Part shown: piece after piece, positions 17,634 to 24,509 of the stretch
Position numbering within the stretch: the first letter of the stretch is position 1
Layout: every line of letters starts with the position of its first letter
Translations under genes and position numbers: made by a program
Notes under the pieces: model-generated
The model's input: only the letters and a program-made list of their open reading frames with translations
Database searches by the model: none
What the model was told of the DNA's origin: nothing
From: Vicinamibacteraceae bacterium
Lineage (GTDB): Bacteria; Acidobacteriota; Vicinamibacteria; Vicinamibacterales; JAFNAJ01
DNA: 62,692 nucleotides
Direction of reading: 5' to 3'
Assembly (NCBI GenBank): GCA_039812685.1
Contig: JBDIBB010000003.1
Span: forward strand, 1 to 62,692

Positions 17634-18998
17634 ATGACGATGAACTCGCTCGATCGGCTGCGCGACATCCTCAGGACGGGCCGCCCGGGCGCCGCAGCGC
17701 CCTCCGAGGCACCCCGCGTGCGGGAACTCACGTACGAACCGCTCGACGGCGACGGTGCGCCGCTGCGCGCCATCGCGGCGTTGGCGGGGCTGGAGGGGAT
17801 GGCGCAGATCGAGACGCCGTGGGGCCGCGCCTGCGTGGTCGATCGCACCGTCGACCGCGACGCGTTCCACGGCACGACGCGCGTTGGCGCCTGCGCGGGC
17901 TTCGATCCCGTGGCGATCGGGGTGGTGGGCGGGCGCCGGCTCGACATCGATGCCGCGCGCGCGGCCTCATCGCCGATCTTCCTCGACCTCGAGACCACGG
18001 GGCTGAGCGGCGGCGCAGGCACCGTCGCCTTCCTCGTGGGGCTGGGTAGTCACGAGCCAGACGGGTCGTTTCGCACGCGCCAGTTCTTCCTCGACGGCTT
18101 CCCGGCCGAGCGCGCAATGCTGCACGCCGTGGCCGCGGCGGTCGACGACGCTCCCCTGGTGATCACCTACAACGGTGCATCGTTCGACCTGCCGGTCATG
18201 GAAACGCGCTGGCTCTTCCACCGCCTCACGCCGGCGCTGGAAGGACGGCCGCACGTCGACCTGCTGCCGCCGGCGCGGCGGCTGTGGCGCGACGCGATGG
18301 GCGGCGTCGAGCGCAGCTGCCGTCTGGTCGCGCTGGAGGAATCGCTGCTCGGCCTGCGTCGCGTGGGCGACGTGCCGGGCGCCGAGATCCCGCAGCGCTA
18401 CTTCGAGTTCCTGCGCAGCGGCGACCCGGGGCCGATCGAGCCGGTGCTGCGGCACAACCACCTCGACCTGTTGTCGCTGGCGGTGCTGGCGGGGCGCGCC
18501 CAGCGCCTGGTGCACGAGGGCCCGGCCGCCACGGCCGACGCGCGCGAGTGCCTCGCCCTGGGGCGGATGTACGAACGGGCCGGACGGCTCGAGGAAGCCG
18601 AGGCGGCGATGCGCGCGGCCGTCGATCACCCGGTGAGCGACCGCGCCTCCAGCGAGCACGCGTGGTACGCGCTGGCGCGACTGCTGCGGCGCCGGCGGCA
18701 CCATGCCGAGGCCGCCCTGGCGTGGCGGCAGATGCTGCGGCACGCCGACCGCCGCGGGCCGCGCGGGCGCGAGGCCGTCGAGGCGCTGGCGGTACATCAC
18801 GAACACCGGCAACGCGACCTGGCGCTGGCACGCGCGCTGGCGCAGCGCGCCCTTGCCGCCGAACGTGACGAGGCGAAGCGCACGAGCCTGCGGCATCGCC
18901 TGGCGCGGCTGGATCGGAAGCTGGCGGCGGTGCACGATGCCGGCGCCGACCTGCCCACGGTGGTCGCGCCGCTGCCGTGGTGCGACGATGAGGGGTAG
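17634..18998 (+). CDS. mrfB: RNase H-fold exonuclease with C-terminal TPR-like region (MrfB/YprB-like)
   Basis: Contains IFLDLETTGLSGGAGTVAFLVGL...VITYNGASFDLPVM (DEDD-type exonuclease motifs). It lies immediately downstream of the mrfA-like gene. Confidence 0.75.
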   Translation: MTMNSLDRLRDILRTGRPGAAAPSEAPRVRELTYEPLDGDGAPLRAIAALAGLEGMAQIETPWGRACVVDRTVDRDAFHGTTRVGACAGFDPVAIGVVGGRRLDIDAARAASSPIFLDLETTGLSGGAGTVAFLVGLGSHEPDGSFRTRQFFLDGFPAERAMLHAVAAAVDDAPLVITYNGASFDLPVMETRWLFHRLTPALEGRPHVDLLPPARRLWRDAMGGVERSCRLVALEESLLGLRRVGDVPGAEIPQRYFEFLRSGDPGPIEPVLRHNHLDLLSLAVLAGRAQRLVHEGPAATADARECLALGRMYERAGRLEEAEAAMRAAVDHPVSDRASSEHAWYALARLLRRRRHHAEAALAWRQMLRHADRRGPRGREAVEALAVHHEHRQRDLALARALAQRALAAERDEAKRTSLRHRLARLDRKLAAVHDAGADLPTVVAPLPWCDDEG

Positions 18999-19113
18999 CG
19001 CGCCGGTTGCTCTGCGAAGCCTCCGGCAAGCCTGCGCGTCTCCGGGTGTTGCGCCGGGTGTGAACACCGTCAGCTGACCTGAACGCGCCGGTGAACGCGC
19101 AGCTGACCGCGCA

Positions 19114-19139
19114 GGTTGCTCATGTCGATCCGAGCAACC
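19114..19139. terminator. 8-bp stem / 10-nt loop hairpin between the convergent mrfB and J-domain genes
   Basis: GGTTGCTC-atgtcgatcc-GAGCAACC. It lies 7 nt beyond the J-domain gene stop (19146). Confidence 0.35.
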
Positions 19140-19145
19140 CGCGCT

Positions 19146-19637
19146 CTACGATGGTGACAGGAGGCGGTACGCGAGGTGGATCTGGTGGAACGCGCCGCCA
19201 AGCGCCGCGCGGACGGCCGGCGGGGCCGATGCGTGGGCGTCGGGATGGAACTGGCGGGCGAGCTGCCGGTAGGCGCGCTTCAGCTCGTCGGCCGTGAAGT
19301 CGTCCGACAGATCGGCGCCCCACTGGCGCAGGCGGCCCAGCGCCTCGCGCTGGCTGGCCGGCAGGGTGCGGGCCGGCCGTGACGGCGCGGGTGGGGGAAC
19401 GGCCGCGCGGCGGCCAGCCGCGGGACGCCGGGCAGCGGTGCTGGCCGCCGCCGTCCCGTAGCCACGTTCGAAGCCCGCCGCGGCCCGCCCCAGCCAGTCG
19501 AACGCACCCGCGAGCGCCGCGCGCAGACCCGGATCCGGTCGCGAGTCGACGGCCGGGGCCACCGGCGGCGCCGTCGCCCACGACGCGGCCAGCCTCGCGT
19601 CGAGGACCTGCTCGAAGGCGACGCCCGGATGATCCAC
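19146..19637 (-). CDS. J-domain (DnaJ-like) protein with the J domain at the C-terminus
   Basis: The C-terminal ADELKRAYRQLARQFHPD carries the HPD motif. GTG 19637 is the only in-frame start downstream of the overlap with the divergent HAD gene, so the start is uncertain. Confidence 0.55.
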   Translation of the reverse strand: MDHPGVAFEQVLDARLAASWATAPPVAPAVDSRPDPGLRAALAGAFDWLGRAAAGFERGYGTAAASTAARRPAAGRRAAVPPPAPSRPARTLPASQREALGRLRQWGADLSDDFTADELKRAYRQLARQFHPDAHASAPPAVRAALGGAFHQIHLAYRLLSPS

Positions 19638-19766
19638 GGCCTTCGAATCGGCGCCCGGCCGGAAGACATGAACGCGGCCGATCCGGCGGCGCCACGACCG
19701 GGCGATGCGGTGTTTGATGCTATCGTGTCGCCCCGTGCCGCCTGCCACGGCCCCGGGGCCCGCCCA

Positions 19767-20744
19767 GTGATTTCGCTTCCCGATCTCGGAGTGTTCGCCG
19801 AGGACGAGGGTCTCGTCCGGCTCGAGCGCACCTCGGACCGGCGGTTCGCCGCCGGACGCGACGGCGTGGCGGCGATTGCAGCCACCGGCGACGGCAAGGT
19901 GGAGTTCGTCGGCTTCGCCGCCCACACGCTCGCGCTCGTCAGGTCACAGATGGGCTATCCGGCCTACTATCCCGTGGCGCCGGTGTCGGTGCAGCGACCC
20001 GTGCAGGCGGTGCTCATGGATCTGGACGGCACCAGCATCCACAGCGAGCACTTCTGGATCTGGATGATCGAGCTCACGACGCGGAGCCTGCGGCGCGACG
20101 CGGCGTTCACGCTGGAACCCGCCGATCTTCCCTTCGTCGCCGGGCACAGTGTCTCGGAGCACCTGCAATACTGCATCGACAAGTACTGCCCCGGCCGCAC
20201 GGTGGAGGAGGCACGTCACTTCTATTTCGAGCACACGCACCGCGAGATGCGGGCGATTCTCGAAGGCGGGGGCCGGGCCGACGCCTTCGTGCCAGCGCCG
20301 GGCCTCAAGGAGTTCCTGCTCGAGCTCAAGGGCCGCGGTATCCGTATCGCCGTCGTCACGTCGGGGCTTCACGAGAAGGCGTGGCCCGAGCTCGTCGCGG
20401 CCTTCAGGACCATGGGGCTGGGCGACCCGCGGGCGTTCTACGACGCGATCATCACCGCGGGGTTCCCGTTGAGGGCGGGCGAAGCCGGCACCCTCGGCGA
20501 GCTGTCGCCCAAGCCGCATCCCTGGCTGTATGCCGAGGCGATGCGGGTGGGGCTGGGGGTGCCCTTCGAGCAGCGCGGGCGCGTGATCGGCCTGGAAGAC
20601 AGCGGCGCGGGCGTCTGCGCCGTGCGCCTGGCGGGCATCGCGCCAGTGGGGGTGGCCGGCGGCAACATCGAGGCGAGCGGCACGCGGCCGCTGTGCCGGC
20701 ACCACGTGAGCCGGCTGGAGGACGTGCTGCCGCTGATCGTGTGA
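19767..20744 (+). CDS. HAD-superfamily hydrolase
   Basis: Contains VLMDLDGT (DxDxT motif I), VVTSG (motif II) and GLEDSGAG (motif IV). GTG 19767 was chosen because high GC3 begins there. ATG 19950 is the alternative. Confidence 0.75.
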   Translation: MISLPDLGVFAEDEGLVRLERTSDRRFAAGRDGVAAIAATGDGKVEFVGFAAHTLALVRSQMGYPAYYPVAPVSVQRPVQAVLMDLDGTSIHSEHFWIWMIELTTRSLRRDAAFTLEPADLPFVAGHSVSEHLQYCIDKYCPGRTVEEARHFYFEHTHREMRAILEGGGRADAFVPAPGLKEFLLELKGRGIRIAVVTSGLHEKAWPELVAAFRTMGLGDPRAFYDAIITAGFPLRAGEAGTLGELSPKPHPWLYAEAMRVGLGVPFEQRGRVIGLEDSGAGVCAVRLAGIAPVGVAGGNIEASGTRPLCRHHVSRLEDVLPLIV

Positions 20745-20798
20745 GGGGAGTGGCCGGACCGGCCTGGCGGCTGGCCCGGACGCGTCTCGGGCGTGGAC

Positions 20799-21065
20799 CT
20801 ACTGCTGCGCCGCGGCGTCAGCGGCCGGCGCCGCCTTCTTCGCCGCCTGCTTCCGCGCGGCCACCGTCTGGGCGCCGTACTTCTTCGTGAAGCGCTCCAC
20901 GCGGCCCTCGGTGTCGATCAGCTTCTGCCGGCCCGTGAAGAACGGATGGCAGGCCGAGCAGATGTCCAGGTGCAGATCGGGCTTGGTCGAACGCGTCCTG
21001 AACGTGTTGCCGCAGGCGCAGCGCACCTCGACGTCGAAATACTTCGGATGGATTCCCTGCTTCAC
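20799..21065 (-). CDS. rpmE: 50S ribosomal protein L31 (zinc-binding type)
   Basis: [10 protein letters not shown]...CACGNTF...[13 protein letters not shown]. It has a GTG start with AAGGAG 7 nt upstream. Confidence 0.95.
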   Translation of the reverse strand: MKQGIHPKYFDVEVRCACGNTFRTRSTKPDLHLDICSACHPFFTGRQKLIDTEGRVERFTKKYGAQTVAARKQAAKKAAPAADAAAQQ

Positions 21066-21149
21066 GGATGGCTCCTTGCGCCAGGGCGCAAACCGTAATC
21101 CTACCGCACCGGCGGCCGCCGGTCAAAGCACGGGCGCCGGCCGTCACCG

Positions 21150-22115
21150 TCAGGGGATCACCGTGTCGCGATCCCAGCGATGGCCGCGCAGCGCCTGCAG
21201 CAGGTCGAGCGGCAGCGGCTGACCGCCACTGGCCGCCAGGTTGCGCTCCACGTGCGCCGGTCGCCGCATGCCGGGGATCGTCGTCGACACCGCGGCATGG
21301 TGGAGGATGAAGCGCAGGGCAAGTTCCGGCAGCGTCATGCCTGGCGGCAGCGTGGATCGGAGCCGGTCGACGCGGGCGAGGATCTCCGCGAGACGCTCGC
21401 GGGTGAAGTAGACGCTGCGCCAGTCGTGGTCGGGCCAGTGCGAGTGGGGCGTGAGGGTGCCCGTGAGGCTGCCCTCGTCGAAGGGCACACGCGCGATCAC
21501 CGCGACGTTCTGCCGCTGGCAGGCGGGGAACAGTTCGTCTTCCGGCGCCTGATCGAACACGTTGTAGACCACCTGGACCGCGTCGACCAGGCCCGTCCCG
21601 ATCGCCTTCAGCACGTTGGCCGGCTGCCAGCGATTCACGCTGATCCCGAACCCGCGGATGAGCCCCTCGCGCTTGAGGTCTTCCACCGCGCGCTTCCAGC
21701 GGTCGTCCTCGGCCCACGCGTCGCTCCACACGTGGAACTGCTGGAGGTCGAGGCAGTCGAGCCCGAGGTTCTTCAGGCTCGTCTCGGTGCTGCGGCGGAT
21801 GTGGTCGGGGGGGAATACCGCCATCAGCGGATCGGCGGCGCTGCCCGGCCACTTGCCGTTGGCCGGCGGGATCTTGGTGGCGACGAAGATGCGGCGCGCC
21901 CGGTGGTGCGGCAGCACCCGGGCGAGCAGACGTTCACTGTGACCGTTGCCGTAGGCCAGCGCGGTGTCGAAGAAGTTGCAGCCGAGCGCCATCGACCGGT
22001 CCAGCGCCCGCATCGACACGTCGTCGTCGGATCCACTCCAGCCGCCCATGCCCCAGAGCCCGTGCCCGATCTCCGACACGCGCCAGCCCAGTCGTCCAAA
22101 GGTCCGGAACTGCAT
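21150..22115 (-). CDS. aldo/keto reductase
   Basis: MQFRTFGRLGWRVSEIGHGLWGMGG...FFDTALAYGNGHSE. Confidence 0.9.
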   Translation of the reverse strand: MQFRTFGRLGWRVSEIGHGLWGMGGWSGSDDDVSMRALDRSMALGCNFFDTALAYGNGHSERLLARVLPHHRARRIFVATKIPPANGKWPGSAADPLMAVFPPDHIRRSTETSLKNLGLDCLDLQQFHVWSDAWAEDDRWKRAVEDLKREGLIRGFGISVNRWQPANVLKAIGTGLVDAVQVVYNVFDQAPEDELFPACQRQNVAVIARVPFDEGSLTGTLTPHSHWPDHDWRSVYFTRERLAEILARVDRLRSTLPPGMTLPELALRFILHHAAVSTTIPGMRRPAHVERNLAASGGQPLPLDLLQALRGHRWDRDTVIP

Positions 22116-22122
22116 GCGGGAG

Positions 22123-22128
22123 ACTATA
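22123..22128 (-). promoter_or_regulatory. -10-like hexamer TATAGT, 7 nt upstream of the aldo/keto reductase ATG (leaderless-type geometry)
   Basis: Minus strand reads TATAGT-CTCCCGC-ATG, with no SD. Confidence 0.3.
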
Positions 22129-22133
22129 CGTCA

Positions 22134-22168
22134 GGCTTGGGGCTTGGGGCCTGAGGCTTGAGGCCTCG
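22134..22168. repeat. tandem array of five degenerate heptamers (GGCYTSR)
   Basis: GGCTTGG GGCTTGG GGCCTGA GGCTTGA GGCCTCG. Confidence 0.75.
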
Positions 22169-22264
22169 GCGACTTCCTTCGCAGATCACCGGGCGCCTGC
22201 AGGTGACTCGAGCCTCGAACCGGGGCAGGTCGTTGGGACTCGAAGCGAGTGCGCCAAGGGGGAC

Positions 22265-22299
22265 TCAGGCCCCAAGCCTCAAGCCCCCGGCCTCAAGCC
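22265..22299. repeat. inverted-orientation heptamer array (YCVRGCC x5) starting at the aguA stop
   Basis: TCAGGCC CCAAGCC TCAAGCC CCCGGCC TCAAGCC. Positions 22264-22285 pair with 22134-22155 over 22 bp (one G-T). Confidence 0.75.
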
Positions 22300-23366
22300 C
22301 CTGCAGGCATCTGCTGCGTCAGGCAGTGGATGGCGCCGAGACCCCAGATCACCTCGGTGCAGTCGATGCCGATCACCTCGCGATCGGGCACCAGCGCCTG
22401 CAGCCTTCGCAGCGCCCGGCGGTCGTTGCGCCGGTCGCGATAGGTGGGCACCAGCAGGGCGCCGTTGACGAAGAGGAAGTTCACGTAGGTGGCCGGCAGC
22501 CGCTGGCCGTCGCGCACCACCGGCTTCGGCATCGGCAGTTCCACCACCGTGAACGGGCGCCCGTCCTGGTCGCGGAGGCGGTCGAGCCGCCGGCGGTTCT
22601 CCCGCAGGACCTCGTAGTTCTAGTCGCGGGGATCCTCTTCGATGCCGATCACGACGGTCCGCGGATCCACGAAGCGCGCCAGGTCGTCGACGTGACCGTC
22701 GGTGTCGTCGCCGGCGATGCCGCCGTCGAGCCACGCCACGTGCCGCTGGCCGTAGTAGTCGCGAAGGTAACGCTCGATCTCGCGTCGTGTCAGCCCGGGG
22801 TTGCGGTTCCGGTTCAACAGGCAGGATCGCGTGGTGAGCACCGTGCCGGCGCCATTGAACTCGACCGCTCCGCCCTCCATCACGATCCCGGGTTCGAACA
22901 CGGGCAGTCCCAGCACCCTGGCCACCGCCGTCGGCACCGCATCGTCGGCGTCCCAGGGCGGGTACTTGCCGCCCCACGCGTTGTAGCCCCAGTCGACGAT
23001 GGCGGCGTGCGCGCGGCCGCGGCGATCGCGGCGCAGGACGAACGCCGGCCCGTGATCGCGGCACCACGGCTCGTTGGTGGGGATGTGGTGGCAGTGGACG
23101 CGGCGCGAGCCGACGCCGTGAGCGGCGAGGGTCTCGCCCACGATGCGCGCGTAGTTGCCGTTGGGCACGTTGACGTGCACCTCCTCGCGTTGCGCGATCT
23201 CGCCGATGATGCGCGAGAGGGCCGGCGCCAGCAGGTGGTACCGATCGGGAAAGGAGATGCCTTCAGGGCGCGGCCACGAGAGCCAGGTGCCCCGGTGCGG
23301 CGCCCATTCGGGCGGGAAGCTGTAGCCGAGCGCGGCAGGCGTATCGGTGAGGACGCGGAAGGACAT
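22293..23366 (-). pseudogene. aguA: agmatine deiminase interrupted by one in-frame TAG (22620-22622)
   Basis: Two ORFs (22620-23366 and 22293-22547) lie in the same frame. The read-through sequence EEDPRD*NYEVLRENRRRLDRLRDQDGRPFTVVELPMPKP is continuous agmatine-deiminase-like sequence. The catalytic GAIHCLTQQ sits in the distal part. Confidence 0.8.
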
Positions 23367-23448
23367 GGCGATCGGTTGAGGGCGGTTCCGGCCGGGTCGT
23401 TGCGGATTGGCGGCCGGCCGCTGGCCGCCGGCGCGACACGGCGCGGGC

Positions 23449-24369
23449 TCAGCTGTCCAGGAAGCGGCGCGTGAGATCGCCGTAGGCGTCGATGCGTCGA
23501 TCGCGCAGAAACGGCCAGTGCGTGCGGCTCGTCTCCACGCGCGCGAGGTCGCACGGCGCCACCAGCACGTGTTCGGCGTCGACGGGCGCGCGCTGGACGA
23601 CCTGGCCGTCGGGCGCGGCCACGAACGACTGGCCCCAGAACTCGAGGCCGTCCTCGGAGACCGGGCGGCCATCGGCCCCGCGCAGGTATTCGTGGCCCAC
23701 GCGATTGGCCGCGCACACGTAGCAGCCGTTGGCGACGGCGTGGCTGCGCTGGACGAGTTCCCACGACTCGTGCTGGGCCCGGCCGAACTCGGCCTTCTCA
23801 CCCGGGTGCCAGGCGATCGCCGTCGGATAGAAGAGGATCTCGGCGCCGGCCAGGGCCGTCAGGCGCGCCGCCTCGGGAAACCACTGGTCCCAGCAGACGA
23901 GCACGCCGACGGTGGCGTGACGCGTCTTCCAGGCGCAGAAGCCGGTGTCGCCGGGCGTGAAGTAGAACTTCTCGTAGAACAGCGGGTCGTCGGGGATGTG
24001 CATCTTGCGATAGACGCCGAGCAGGCTGCCGTCGGCGTCGATCACGGCGGCGGTGTTGTGGTAGAGGCCGGCGGCGCGCCGCTCGAACAGCGACGCGATG
24101 ACGACGATGCCGTGGCGGCGCGCGAGCCTGGCGAACGCGTCGGTCGAGGGGCCGGGGATCGGCTCGGCGAGCGCGAAGAACCGGTGATCCTCCGCCTGGC
24201 AGAAATACTGCGACGCGAAGAGCTCCTGCGTGCAGACGATCTGCGCGCCCTTCTTCGCGGCGCGCTCGAGGAGGGCGGCCTGCCGGGCGCGGTTCTTCTT
24301 CGGGTCTTCGCCGCAGGCCATCTGCGTGAGGCCCACGGTGACGATGCGCGAGCGGCGCGGGGCGGTCAT
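23449..24369 (-). CDS. aguB: N-carbamoylputrescine amidase (nitrilase superfamily)
   Basis: Contains CTQELF, YRKMHIPDDPLFYEKFYFTPGD and VLVCWDQWFPE (E-K-C triad context). It lies directly upstream of aguA on the same strand. Confidence 0.9.
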   Translation of the reverse strand: MTAPRRSRIVTVGLTQMACGEDPKKNRARQAALLERAAKKGAQIVCTQELFASQYFCQAEDHRFFALAEPIPGPSTDAFARLARRHGIVVIASLFERRAAGLYHNTAAVIDADGSLLGVYRKMHIPDDPLFYEKFYFTPGDTGFCAWKTRHATVGVLVCWDQWFPEAARLTALAGAEILFYPTAIAWHPGEKAEFGRAQHESWELVQRSHAVANGCYVCAANRVGHEYLRGADGRPVSEDGLEFWGQSFVAAPDGQVVQRAPVDAEHVLVAPCDLARVETSRTHWPFLRDRRIDAYGDLTRRFLDS

Positions 24370-24418
24370 GGCGATCGCGAGGGTAACACGGCCGGCGAGA
24401 CGCGGGCGGCGGGCCGGA

Positions 24419-24461
24419 GACGCGAACGGGCCGGGAGCAGCACCCCCGGCCCGTTCGCGTC
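24419..24461 (-). terminator. perfect 17-bp stem / 9-nt loop hairpin after the TonB-dependent receptor gene
   Basis: GACGCGAACGGGCCGGG-agcagcacc-CCCGGCCCGTTCGCGTC. It lies about 50 nt beyond stop 24510. There is no U-tract. Confidence 0.55.
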
Positions 24462-24509
24462 CCGATCCGGCTGTCGAGCCTGGGGCCAAGGGGCCTCAGG
24501 CTCCGGCCG

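Noticed and set aside
15044-18022. 992-aa antisense ORF across mrfA/mrfB. There are similar long shadow ORFs at 167-1597, 2241-4532, 46209-48807, 56600-58432 and elsewhere.
   Set aside because: This is the same high-GC artefact. No recognisable domains are present, and the opposite or other-frame ORFs carry unambiguous catalytic motifs.
15059-18998. Considered calling the DUF1998 helicase locus a DISARM- or Druantia-type anti-phage system.
   Set aside because: No methyltransferase, PLD nuclease, SNF2 or DruH-like partner is adjacent. A helicase+DUF1998 fusion followed by an RNase H-fold exonuclease is the MrfAB repair architecture.
21076-21091. Inverted repeat TTGCGCC-AG-GGCGCAA in the rpmE leader, touching the AAGGAG Shine-Dalgarno, as a possible autoregulatory hairpin.
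   Set aside because: The stem is short with a sterically impossible 2-nt loop unless it opens. It covers only two SD bases, and there is no supporting evidence.
22620-22622. Programmed recoding (for example pyrrolysine) at the aguA TAG.
   Set aside because: No pyl genes or downstream recoding structure are visible in the window. A nonsense mutation or sequencing error is the simpler explanation. Read-through remains untested.
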